From the NCBI GenBank assembly GCA_963704725.1, contig OY969934.1, positions 2,944,001 through 3,008,000 of the forward strand: DNA of 64,000 bases, read 5' to 3'. The stretch is from an uncultured Actinomycetes bacterium (GTDB lineage: Bacteria; Actinomycetota; UBA4738; HRBIN12). Within the stretch, counting starts at the first letter, position 1; each line of letters opens with the position of its first letter. Below, one piece after another: positions 34,620 to 43,289 of this stretch. The position numbers and the translations under genes were made by a program. The notes under the pieces were generated by a model. The model saw only the letters and a list, made by a program, of their open reading frames with translations. It was not told the origin of the DNA and did no database searches.

Positions 34620-35344
34620 TCCTCGGCCCACCTGCCCTGCCGCAGCCTCCGGATCGATCCGGCCCGCTCCGCCACCCGCCGCTCGTGGGTGACCACCAGG
34701 AGCGTGCACCCCGTCTCGGCGTGGACCCGCTCGAGGAGGTCGAGCACCTGCTGCGTGGTCTCGTCGTCGAGGTTCCCCGTGGGCTCGTCCGCCAGCAGCA
34801 ACCGCGGCTCGTTGGCCAGCGCGCGGGCGATCGCCACGCGCTGGCGCTCGCCGCCCGAGAGCTCCGCCGGACGGTGCTCGACCCGGTGGGACAGACCCAC
34901 GCCGTCCAGGAGACCCTGCGCCCGGATCCGGCGACGGCCGGACGACATCCTGGACAGGGCGAGCGAGAGCTCGACGTTCTCCCGAGCCGTCAGGACGTCG
35001 ACGAGGCCGTAGTGCTGGAACACGAATCCGACGGTGCTCCGGCGGTAGTCGGCGAGCGCATCGCCCGACAGGCTCGACAGGTCGCGCCCACCCACCGAGA
35101 TCGAGCCCGACTGCAGCGTCTCGAGGCCGCCGATCAACGAGAGCAGCGTGCTCTTGCCGGCGCCCGACGGGCCGGTGAGAGCGACGAACCCGCCCGGCTC
35201 AACGTCGAGATCGAGCTCGTGGAGCACCGGGACGGCGCCCCGCCCGTACGCGTGGGACACATGGCGGAGCGTCACGCCGGCTCCCGCCTCCGTCGTGACG
35301 AGCGGGAGTGTGGGGCTCACCCTCGACGAACCGGGAACCGGCAT
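34616..35344 (-). CDS. ABC transporter ATP-binding protein (LolD/MacB-type)
   Basis: GPSGAGKS, LSGGERQRVAIARAL, LLADEPTGNLD, VVTH. Start approximate. Confidence 0.92.
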   Translation of the reverse strand: MPVPGSSRVSPTLPLVTTEAGAGVTLRHVSHAYGRGAVPVLHELDLDVEPGGFVALTGPSGAGKSTLLSLIGGLETLQSGSISVGGRDLSSLSGDALADYRRSTVGFVFQHYGLVDVLTARENVELSLALSRMSSGRRRIRAQGLLDGVGLSHRVEHRPAELSGGERQRVAIARALANEPRLLLADEPTGNLDDETTQQVLDLLERVHAETGCTLLVVTHERRVAERAGSIRRLRQGRWAEE

Positions 35345-35495
35345 GGGCAACGAGTCTCGCACGGACGCTCCGTTTCGGCGGGTTCGGGCCGCGCAGCCCG
35401 GGTCTTGGCGGCTCGACCTCGGAGACGCGCGAGCCGTCAGCGGCGAGATCGCCCACCGTGGGTCGGCATCTCCCTCCCCATGGTGCGACGGGGAG

Positions 35496-35571
35496 GTTTC
35501 CGAACCCTTACGGAACACGCTCCGCGAGCGGATTTCAGGAATCGGATCGGCCCTCGTAAGGATCCGGTAAT
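35496..35571. promoter_or_regulatory. Pair of divergently oriented related 17-mers (candidate OmpR-type direct-repeat sites)
   Basis: Plus strand CGTAAGGATCCGGTAAT (35555-35571); minus strand CGTAAGGGTTCGGAAAC (35496-35512); 13/17 identical, each with an 11-bp-period repeat. Confidence 0.5.
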
Positions 35572-35594
35572 CCCTTATGGACAGGCTATCGGCC

Positions 35595-36236
35595 ATGGTG
35601 GACGTGATCGTCCCCGTGCTGAACGAGGCTGGGGTTCTCCCGTGGGTGCTGCAGCGGATGCCCGGCGGTTGCAGGCCGATCGTCGTCGACAACGGGTCGA
35701 GCGACGGCTCCGCGGCCATCGGGGAGGCGCTCGGCGCGCTCGTCGTCCGCGAGCCACGGCGAGGCTTCGGCGCCGCATGCTTCGCGGGGCTCGCGGCCGC
35801 GACGAGCGACGTGGTCGCCTTCATGGATGGCGACGGATCCCTCGACCCGCGGGATCTGCCCCTCGTCCTCGATCCCGTCGAAGCCGAAGAGGCCGACCTG
35901 GTGCTCGGCGCGCGGGTCCCCGAACCCGGAGCGTGGCCGTTCCACGCGCGTCTCGGCAACCGTGCGATCGCGTGGGAGGTGCGTCGGCGCACCGGGCTCG
36001 GCCTGCGCGACCTCGGTCCGATGCGGGCGGCCCGCCGGACGAAGCTCCTGGCGCTCGGGATCGCCGACCGGCGCTTCGGATGGCCGCTCGAGATGATCGT
36101 GCGCGCCGCGTCCGCCGGCTGGCGGATCGAGGAGGTTCGCGTCCCCTACCGGACGCGCTCCGGCCGTTCGAAGGTGACCGGGACCGTCCGCGGGACCGCG
36201 CGCACGATGCTCGACATGGCCAAGGTGCTGCGGTGA
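35595..36236 (+). CDS. GT2 glycosyltransferase (polyprenyl-phospho-sugar synthase-like, Rv0539/MtxS-like)
   Basis: VIVPVLNEA, VVDNGSSDGS, FMDGDGSLDP, DLGPMRA, GWPLEM, SKVTGT. Confidence 0.9.
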   Translation: MVDVIVPVLNEAGVLPWVLQRMPGGCRPIVVDNGSSDGSAAIGEALGALVVREPRRGFGAACFAGLAAATSDVVAFMDGDGSLDPRDLPLVLDPVEAEEADLVLGARVPEPGAWPFHARLGNRAIAWEVRRRTGLGLRDLGPMRAARRTKLLALGIADRRFGWPLEMIVRAASAGWRIEEVRVPYRTRSGRSKVTGTVRGTARTMLDMAKVLR

Positions 36237-36886
36237 GCGTTGCGCTCCTGGTGATCGCGAAGGCGCCGGCAGCCGGCCGGAGCAAGACGCGGCTCTGCCC
36301 TCCGTGCACCCCGACGGAGGCGGCGCTCCTGGCGGAGGCGGCGCTCCTGGACACCCTCGAGGCCGCCGAAGGAGTGTCGAGCACCGGCCGACGGGTCCTC
36401 GTGCTCGACGGCGCTGCAGGGTCGTGGCTCCCTCCGGGGTGGGAGGTCGTGCCGCAGCGCGGCGCCGGCCTCGACGAGCGCATAGCCGCCGCCTTCGCGG
36501 ACGTCGGGGGACCCGCGCTGCTCATCGGCATGGACACGCCGCAGGTGACGCCGGACCTGTTGGCATCGGCCGCGGAGACCCTGCTCGCTCCCGGGGTGGG
36601 GGCGGTCCTGGGGCCGGCGTACGACGGCGGGTTCTGGGCGATCGGGCTCCGGCAGGCCGATCCGTCGGTGTTCCTGGACGTGCCGATGAGCACGCCCGGG
36701 ACGCTCTCGGCGCAACGGCGACGGCTGCACTCGCTCGGCCTGGCCCACCGAGAGCTCGCCGCGCTGCAGGACGTGGACACGTTCCGGGACGCGGTCGAGG
36801 TCGCCTCGCTGGCGCGGGGGTCACGATTCGCCGAGGCCCTCGCGCGCCTGCGCGATCCCGCGCCGGTGGTGGCGGCGCGCTCGTGA
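36233..36886 (+). CDS. DUF2064 family protein (CofC-like nucleotidyltransferase fold, Rv0540-like)
   Basis: VIAKAPAAGRSKTRL, QRGAGLDERI, LIGMDTPQ, LGPAYDGGFW, DVDT. Confidence 0.88.
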   Translation: MSVALLVIAKAPAAGRSKTRLCPPCTPTEAALLAEAALLDTLEAAEGVSSTGRRVLVLDGAAGSWLPPGWEVVPQRGAGLDERIAAAFADVGGPALLIGMDTPQVTPDLLASAAETLLAPGVGAVLGPAYDGGFWAIGLRQADPSVFLDVPMSTPGTLSAQRRRLHSLGLAHRELAALQDVDTFRDAVEVASLARGSRFAEALARLRDPAPVVAARS

Positions 36887-37501
36887 GCACCGTCGCGGAG
36901 CGTGTCGCCGGCCCCGGCTCGGCACCGGCCGGGCTGCGCTCGGATCGCGGACACCTGATCCCCCTGCAGGTGGAGCGGTGGTTCGCCGAACCGAGCGCCG
37001 CGGAGCGCCGGGTGCTCTCACGAGCCCTCCCGCCGGTGCTCGACGTGGGGTGCGGTCCCGCCCGTCACACGCTGGCGCTCCTCGACCGCGGCGTGCCCGC
37101 GCTGGGCGTGGACATCTCGCCCGCGTGCGGTTCGCGTGGCGACGGGCCGCGGGGCCCCGGTCCTGCACCGGTCGGTGTTCGACGAGCTTCCCCACGAGGG
37201 GTCGTGGGGGACGACCCTGCTCCTGGACGGCAACGTGGGGATCGGCGGGAGCCCCGTCGCGCTGCTCGTCCGGCTCCGGCAGGTGCTGCGCGAGGGTGGG
37301 CGGGCCCTCGTGGAGGTGGAGCCCCCGGGCACGCCGACCGAGTCGTTCCGCGCCCGGATCGAGGGCGCGCGGCTCGGATCGTGGTTCCCGTGGGCTCGGG
37401 TGGGCGCCGACGGCCTCGGAGCCGTGGCCAACCTCGCCGGCCTGACGGTGGCGGAGCTGTGGGCCGACGAGGATCGATGGTTCGGGAGGCTCGAGTCGTG
37501 A
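36883..37501 (+). pseudogene. Class I SAM-dependent methyltransferase with +1 frameshift near 37125 (pseudogene or sequencing error)
   Basis: VLDVGCGP...LGVDISP in one frame, then VLHRSVFD...LLLDGNVGIGG...FPWARVG in the next; total 619 bp = 3n+1. Confidence 0.8.
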
Positions 37502-38727
37502 GCGACCCGGGACGCCAAGCAGAGGGACCCGGCCGTCGGCTCGACGAGCGGCTCCGGAGTCTCGCGCCGCCCCGGATCGGACCGTTCCGCGAGGACGCCT
37601 ATCGCAGCCCGTTGCACGCGGAGCGGAACGCCGCGTGGCTCGGGATCGCCCTCGGGGTCGCCTTCTCCCTCTGCTTCGTGACCGGGTTGATCTCGCACCT
37701 GGTCCAGCACCCGCTCTCGTGGTTCGCCTGGCCCGCCCGCCCGACCTGGCTCTACCGGGTGACGCAGGGGATCCACGTCGCGACGGGCCTCGCGGCGATC
37801 CCGCTCCTGTTGATGAAGCTCTGGGTCGTCTCGCCGCGCCTGTGGACGTGGCCGCCCGTGCGGAGCGTCGGGCACCTCTCGGAGCGGGTGAGCCTGTTCC
37901 CGCTGGTCGGCGGCTCCCTGTTCCTGCTGTTCACGGGCATCGGGACCATCAACCGGTTCAAGCCGTGGGGGTTCTCGTTCCCGGCGGCGCACTACGCGGC
38001 GGCGTGGATCGCGATCGGCGCGCTCGTCGTCCACGTCGGCGCGAAGCTCCACGTCGCGGCCCGAGCCCTCTCCAGGTCCGCCCCGCTCGAACGGGGATCC
38101 GGTCCCATCGACTCGGCGCCGGCGGCCGGGCTCTCCCGCCGCGGGTTCCTCGGCGCGGCCTTCGCCGGCGCGGCGGCCGTGACCATCGCCACCGTCGGCC
38201 AGACCCTGCGGCCGCTTCGGTCGCTCTCCGTGCTCGCTCCGCGGGACCCGGCGGTCGGACCGCAGGGCGTGCCCGTCAACCGCACGGCCCGCTCGGCCCG
38301 CGTGACGGATGCGGCGGTGAGCCCCGGATACCGGCTGAGCGTGGAGGGCAACGTGGCGACGGCGCTCTCCCTCTCGCTGGACGAGCTCCGGGGACTGCCG
38401 CAGCGATCCGCGAACCTCCCGATCACGTGCGTCGACGGTTGGAGCGCCTCGGGGACCTGGCGAGGCGTGCCGGTCCGAGATCTCCTTCGGATGGCCGGGG
38501 TCGAGGAGCCGACGAGCGCCGAGATCGTCTCCCTCCAGCGACCGGGCACGGCCTACGCGAGCTCGACGCTCGACGCCGACCATGCCGCCGACCCGGACAC
38601 GCTGCTCGCGCTGGAGCTCAACGGCGAGCCGCTGGCCATGGATCACGGGTTCCCCCTGCGTCTCATCGCGCCGAACCGCCCCGGGGTCATGCAGACGAAG
38701 TGGGTGACGAAGGTGGTCGTGACGTGA
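37498..38727 (+). CDS. Membrane-bound molybdopterin-dependent oxidoreductase (sulfite oxidase/MsrP family) with N-terminal His-containing TM domain and internal twin-arginine motif
   Basis: Four TMs with His, LSRRGFL at ~38131-38151, then LPITCVDGWS, NGEPLAMDHGFPLRLIAP, TKWV. Confidence 0.88.
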   Translation: MSDPGRQAEGPGRRLDERLRSLAPPRIGPFREDAYRSPLHAERNAAWLGIALGVAFSLCFVTGLISHLVQHPLSWFAWPARPTWLYRVTQGIHVATGLAAIPLLLMKLWVVSPRLWTWPPVRSVGHLSERVSLFPLVGGSLFLLFTGIGTINRFKPWGFSFPAAHYAAAWIAIGALVVHVGAKLHVAARALSRSAPLERGSGPIDSAPAAGLSRRGFLGAAFAGAAAVTIATVGQTLRPLRSLSVLAPRDPAVGPQGVPVNRTARSARVTDAAVSPGYRLSVEGNVATALSLSLDELRGLPQRSANLPITCVDGWSASGTWRGVPVRDLLRMAGVEEPTSAEIVSLQRPGTAYASSTLDADHAADPDTLLALELNGEPLAMDHGFPLRLIAPNRPGVMQTKWVTKVVVT

Positions 38728-39170
38728 GCGAACGCGACGCCGGCGACCACGACGAGGCCCGTGGGTGGCTGTACCGGGGCTCGTTCGTCGCGGGGTGGGC
38801 GCTGATCGGATTCGGTGTGTGGACGGCGTTCGCGCGGGCGGGAGCGGTCCGGCCGCTGAGCCTCGGGACCTGGTTCGTGGGTCTCACGCTCCTGCACGAC
38901 CTCGTCGTCGCTCCGGCGATCTCCGCCGCCGCCGTCGTGATCGCGCCGCGACTCGCGCCGCGCGTTCGCGGCGCCGTGCTCGTCGCGGCCATCGTGAGCG
39001 CCGTCCTGGTCCTGATCTCGCTCCCGCCGTTGCTCGGCGACCCCCAGGGGAACGCGACGATCCTCCCCCGGAACTACCTCGCCGGGCTGGCCGTGTCGAT
39101 CGTGGCGACGTGGATCGTCGCCGCCGTCTGGATCGTGGCGGCCGGGCGTCGCCCCACGAGGTCGCGATGA
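38724..39170 (+). CDS. Small integral membrane protein (~4 TM)
   Basis: Hydrophobic helices; LLHDLVVAP and NATILPRNY motifs; coupled by 4-bp overlaps on both sides. Confidence 0.8.
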   Translation: MSERDAGDHDEARGWLYRGSFVAGWALIGFGVWTAFARAGAVRPLSLGTWFVGLTLLHDLVVAPAISAAAVVIAPRLAPRVRGAVLVAAIVSAVLVLISLPPLLGDPQGNATILPRNYLAGLAVSIVATWIVAAVWIVAAGRRPTRSR

Positions 39171-40486
39171 GCACCGCCACCGCCGAACGCCTCCGCCCGT
39201 CGCCCACACGACCGCGAGCGACGGGTCGCGGGGCGGCGATCGCGATCGCGGTCGCGGGCGTGCTCGTGGTCGGAACGCACCTGTGGGGTAGATGGCTCCA
39301 GGCCCGCGGCCACCACCTGTTCGTGAACCTGCCGCCGCTCGTCGGCCATCTCGACCCGCGCTTCGCCGCGGCGGGGATCGCCGCTCCCCTGCTCGCGGTC
39401 GGGGCCGTCGCCTTCGGGCCCCGCCTCGCGGCCCGGCTGACCTGGCGGCGCCTGCTCGTCGTGTGCCTCCTCGCCGCCGCGGCGTGGGCCGTCTCCCTGG
39501 CGCTCACCGAGGGCGTCGGCGCGCTCGTCCGCTCTCCGGCGAGCCCGCGCGACTACCTGCACGACGCGCCGCTGATCGAGAGCCCGTCGCGGTTCCTGCA
39601 CACGTACGTGGACGAGATCGACCGGTACACCGTGCACGTCCGGGCCCATCCGCCCGGGATGACCCTTCTTGCCTGGTCGACGTGGCGTGTCGGCGGCGGG
39701 CCCGGGTGGCTCGCCGCGCTCGAGATCCTGGTGGGGGCCTCCGCCGTCCCCGCGGTCCTCGTCGCCCTCCGCGAGGTCGCCGGCGAGGGCCGGGCGCGAG
39801 CGGCGGCGCCGTTCCTCGCGTTCGCACCGCTGGCGATCACCGTGGCCTCCTCCGCAGACGCGTTCTTCGCCGGGGTCGGCGCGTGGGCCGTCACGCTCGT
39901 CGTCCTGTCGACGGGCCGGCGCGACCGGCGGGGCGACGCGATCGCGCTCGGGGGCGGGCTCCTGTTCGGCGTTTCGGCGTTCCTGTCCTACGGCCTGGTC
40001 CTGCTCGCCGCGATCCCGCTCACCGTCGCGGTGATGCGTCGCCGGGCGCGTCCCGTCGCGCTCGCCTCGCTGGGGGCGATCCCCGTCTTCGCCGCGTTCG
40101 GGGCGGCGGGGTTCTGGTGGCTCGACGGGCTCCTCGCGACGCGGGTCGAGTACCTCCAGAGCGTGGCGCGGCTCCGACCCTACGGCTACTTCCTGATCGC
40201 GGACGTGGCGGCGTTCGCGCTGATCGTCGGTCCCGCCCCCATCGCCGGCCTGGCATCGCGCGCGGGGCGGGCGACGTGGTCGCTCGCCGGCGGCGCCCTC
40301 GCCGCCGCGGCGCTCGCCGACCTCTCGGGGATGTCCAAGGCGGAGGTGGAGCGGATCTGGCTGCCGTTCGCCGTCTGGGTGCTCGCCGCGGCCGGCGCCC
40401 TGCCGGCCGGTTCCCGCCGCGCGTGGCTGGCGGCGAGCGTGTCGTTCGCGCTCCTGCTCGAGGTCCTGGTGAGGCAGCCGTGGTGA
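39167..40486 (+). CDS. GT-C glycosyltransferase (Rv0541c/MtxT-like)
   Basis: Polytopic; HVRAHPPG, SADAFFAGV, SYGLVL, GFWWLDG, RPYGY, ADLSGMSKAEVERIWLPF. Confidence 0.8.
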   Translation: MSTATAERLRPSPTRPRATGRGAAIAIAVAGVLVVGTHLWGRWLQARGHHLFVNLPPLVGHLDPRFAAAGIAAPLLAVGAVAFGPRLAARLTWRRLLVVCLLAAAAWAVSLALTEGVGALVRSPASPRDYLHDAPLIESPSRFLHTYVDEIDRYTVHVRAHPPGMTLLAWSTWRVGGGPGWLAALEILVGASAVPAVLVALREVAGEGRARAAAPFLAFAPLAITVASSADAFFAGVGAWAVTLVVLSTGRRDRRGDAIALGGGLLFGVSAFLSYGLVLLAAIPLTVAVMRRRARPVALASLGAIPVFAAFGAAGFWWLDGLLATRVEYLQSVARLRPYGYFLIADVAAFALIVGPAPIAGLASRAGRATWSLAGGALAAAALADLSGMSKAEVERIWLPFAVWVLAAAGALPAGSRRAWLAASVSFALLLEVLVRQPW

Positions 40487-41541
40487 GACGCGTGCTGGTC
40501 ACGGGCGGCGCCGGCTTCATCGGGTCCCACGTGGTCGACGAGCTCGTCGCCCACGGCGTCGAGGTCGTGGTGCTCGACGCCCTGCTCGACTCGGCGCACC
40601 GCGGAACGCCCGGGTACCTGCACCCGGATGCGGAGCTCGTGCGGGGCGACGTCCGCGATCTCGACACGGTGCATCGAGCGCTCACAGGGGTGGACGCCGT
40701 GAGCCACCAGGCGGCGATGGTGGGCCTCGGCGTGGACCTCGGCGATCTGACCCGATACGCGTCGCACAACGACCTCGGGACCGCGACGGTGCTCGAGGCG
40801 ATGCACCGCGTCGGGACCGTGGGGCGGCTGGTGCTGGCGAGCAGCATGGTGGTCTACGGCGAGGGACGGTACCGGTGCCCCGTGCACGGCGTGGTCCATC
40901 CCGGCCCTCGACCTCGCGAGCGGCTCTCCTCCGGCGCGTTCGAGCCCGAGTGTCCGGCGTGCGGCCGCGACCTCGTTCCCGAGGCGATCGAGGAGGACGC
41001 GCCGCTCGACCCGCGGAACGTGTACGCGGCGACCAAGGTGCACCAGGAGCACCTGTGCACGTCGTTCGCCCGCGAGACCGGGACGCCGGTGACGATGCTC
41101 CGCTACCACAACGTCTACGGACCGCGGATGCCGGCCCAGACGCCGTACGCGGGCGTCGCGAGCGTCTTCCGCACCGCTCTGGAGGATGGGCGGGCGCCCC
41201 GGGTCTTCGAGGACGGGCGGCAGCTGCGGGACTTCGTGCACGTGGAGGACGTGGCTCGGGCCAATGCGCTGGCGCTGCTCGGCGAGCCGGCTCCGCAGGG
41301 CGCGTTCAACGTCGCGAGCGGTGCGCCGAGAACGATCGGCGAGATGGCGTGGGCGTTGGCCGCTGCGAGAGGCCCGGACGCGCCGGCTCCGCTGGTCACC
41401 GGAGAGTACCGGCTCGGCGACGTTCGGCATGTCTTCGCCGCTGCGGGGCGCGCGCAGGGCGAGCTCGGCTTCCGAGCTCAGGTGACCTTCGAGGAGGGCG
41501 TTCGCTCGTTCGCGAACGCGCCGATGCGCTCGGCGGTCTGA
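40483..41541 (+). CDS. NAD-dependent epimerase/dehydratase (GalE3/Rv0536-like, with Cys-containing insert)
   Basis: GGAGFIGS, HQAAMVG, SSMVVYGEGRYRCPVHG...ECPACG, YAATK, LRYHNVYGPRMP..TPYAGVA, FEDGRQLRDFVHV. Confidence 0.9.
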   Translation: MRRVLVTGGAGFIGSHVVDELVAHGVEVVVLDALLDSAHRGTPGYLHPDAELVRGDVRDLDTVHRALTGVDAVSHQAAMVGLGVDLGDLTRYASHNDLGTATVLEAMHRVGTVGRLVLASSMVVYGEGRYRCPVHGVVHPGPRPRERLSSGAFEPECPACGRDLVPEAIEEDAPLDPRNVYAATKVHQEHLCTSFARETGTPVTMLRYHNVYGPRMPAQTPYAGVASVFRTALEDGRAPRVFEDGRQLRDFVHVEDVARANALALLGEPAPQGAFNVASGAPRTIGEMAWALAAARGPDAPAPLVTGEYRLGDVRHVFAAAGRAQGELGFRAQVTFEEGVRSFANAPMRSAV

Positions 41542-41580
41542 GCTCCGTGGGCGCCGCCTCCGAGACGAGGCGACCGTCCC

Positions 41581-42771
41581 TCAGTCGGGTAGGAGCGGCA
41601 CCGACAGGTCCTGTCGGCGACCGAGGAGCACGGCCCGGGTGATGGCCGACGATCCGAACTTGTCGCGCACGTCGTCGAGCGTGGAGTCGATCGCCTCGAC
41701 GCGCCGGCGATCGAACGGCAGCGCGAGCTGGATGGCGCGGTCGTCGGTCAGGTTGGTGAGGGTGAGTCCGATGAGCGTGATGCCCTGACGCCGGATCATC
41801 GGCATGGCCGCCGCGAGCAATCCCCTTGCCGTGGCGAGGATGACCTGGGTCTGCCCGGTCGCCTCCCACAGGGTGTGCGAGCGCGTGGCGCGAGTGAAGT
41901 CGTCGAACCGGAGCCGGAGCACGACGGTGCGACAGACCCGGTGCGCCGCCCGCAGGCGGCGGGCGAGGCGATCGACGAGCGCGACGAGGTCGGCGTCGAG
42001 CATCTCGGGAGATCGCGGCCTGCGGCCGAGGGCGCGCTGCGTCCCCATCGAACGGCGGCGCCGCCCCACCTGGACCGGCCGGGGATCGCGGTTGTGGGCG
42101 AGGGCGTGGATGTGGCGGCCGGCCGCCCGTCCCAGGATCTGGACCAGCCCGACCTCGCCGAGCTGCGCCACCTGCTCCACCGTCGTGATGGAGCGCTCGC
42201 GGAGCTTGGTCGCGGTGACCGGCCCGACGCCCCACAGCCGTTCGACGGGAAGGGGATGCAGGAACTCCAGCTCGCCGTCGATCGGCACCACGAGCAGACC
42301 GTCGGGCTTGGCGACGGCGCTCGCCACCTTCGCCAGGAACTTGGTCCTGGCCACCCCCACCGAGATGGGCAGGCCCACCTGCTCGAGCACGTCCCGGCGC
42401 AGTCGCACGGCGATCTCCGACGGCGTTCCCGAGATCATCCGCAGCCCGCCGACGTCGAGGAAGGCCTCGTCGATCGACAGCCCCTCTACGAACGGCGTGG
42501 TGTTCCGGAACACCTCGAACAGCGCCTTGCTCGCCGCGCTGTAGGCATCCATCCGCGGGTGGACGACGATCGCCTGCGGGCACAGCCGGCGGGCCAGCGC
42601 CCCACCCATCGGCGTCCGGATCCCGAACGCCTTGGCCTCGTAGCTCGCCGCGAGCACGACGCCGCCACCGACGATGACGGGCCGCCCGCGCAGGGCGGGG
42701 TCGTCCCGCTGCTCGACCGACGCATAGAAGGAGTCGACGTCGGCGTGCAGGATCGTCCCCTCCGTGGGCAC
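41581..42771 (-). CDS. dinB: DNA polymerase IV (Y-family)
   Basis: ILHADVDSFYASVEQRD, ASYEAKAFG, SIDEAFLD, KFLAKVAS, LWGVG. Confidence 0.95.
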   Translation of the reverse strand: MPTEGTILHADVDSFYASVEQRDDPALRGRPVIVGGGVVLAASYEAKAFGIRTPMGGALARRLCPQAIVVHPRMDAYSAASKALFEVFRNTTPFVEGLSIDEAFLDVGGLRMISGTPSEIAVRLRRDVLEQVGLPISVGVARTKFLAKVASAVAKPDGLLVVPIDGELEFLHPLPVERLWGVGPVTATKLRERSITTVEQVAQLGEVGLVQILGRAAGRHIHALAHNRDPRPVQVGRRRRSMGTQRALGRRPRSPEMLDADLVALVDRLARRLRAAHRVCRTVVLRLRFDDFTRATRSHTLWEATGQTQVILATARGLLAAAMPMIRRQGITLIGLTLTNLTDDRAIQLALPFDRRRVEAIDSTLDDVRDKFGSSAITRAVLLGRRQDLSVPLLPD

Positions 42772-42784
42772 GAACGGATGTTCG
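42771..42784. promoter_or_regulatory. LexA (SOS) box at the dinB start
   Basis: CGAAC-GGAT-GTTCG matches the Gram-positive/actinobacterial consensus CGAAC-N4-GTTCG. Confidence 0.8.
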
Positions 42785-42818
42785 CACCCGGCGCCGACGG
42801 GCTCCCGGGACCGAACGC

Positions 42819-43289
42819 TCAGCCGCGGGGAGCCGCGCTCGTCGCCACCCAGATCTGCTCGACGATCTCCTCGCTGAGCGCGAGGTCGGTCTCGCCGATG
42901 CGGACGACGGGCACCGGACGGCGCTGGACCATCGTCACGGAGCTCCCCGGCACCATGCCGAACGCGCTCAGCCGGGCGCTCCGGGCCGAGGGCATCCCGC
43001 GGAGCGAACGGATCTCGACCGCGACGCCCTTCGGGACGTGGGTGAGCGGCACCTCCTCCACCTGGCGGGCGGGCCGGCCCGCGGGGACGGCCGAGCGCAC
43101 CGATCGGCCGGCCAGCAGACGGCCGATCAGGCTCCGGGACTCGTCGACGACCTGGTAGCCGCAGTTCGGGCAGCAGATGAGCCCGCAGCGCGAGCCCAGC
43201 GGGCATTCGGCGTGACAGGCCATGCCGGTCGGCTCGAAGCGATGCCCGCACAGCGAGCAGCGGACGGTCCGGTCAACCGATCTGGACAT
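42819..43289 (-). CDS. FeoA-domain protein with N-terminal Cys-rich domain
   Basis: CSLC...CHAECP...C...CCPNC (8 Cys) then PLTHV...RLSAFGMVPGSSV...PVVRIGETDLALSEEIVEQIWV FeoA pattern. Confidence 0.8.
   Translation of the reverse strand: MSRSVDRTVRCSLCGHRFEPTGMACHAECPLGSRCGLICCPNCGYQVVDESRSLIGRLLAGRSVRSAVPAGRPARQVEEVPLTHVPKGVAVEIRSLRGMPSARSARLSAFGMVPGSSVTMVQRRPVPVVRIGETDLALSEEIVEQIWVATSAAPRG

Noticed and set aside
36304-38727. 807-aa methyltransferase-oxidoreductase fusion ORF from the track
   Set aside because: Produced by the +1 frameshift near 37125; the oxidoreductase has its own coupled GTG start at 37498.
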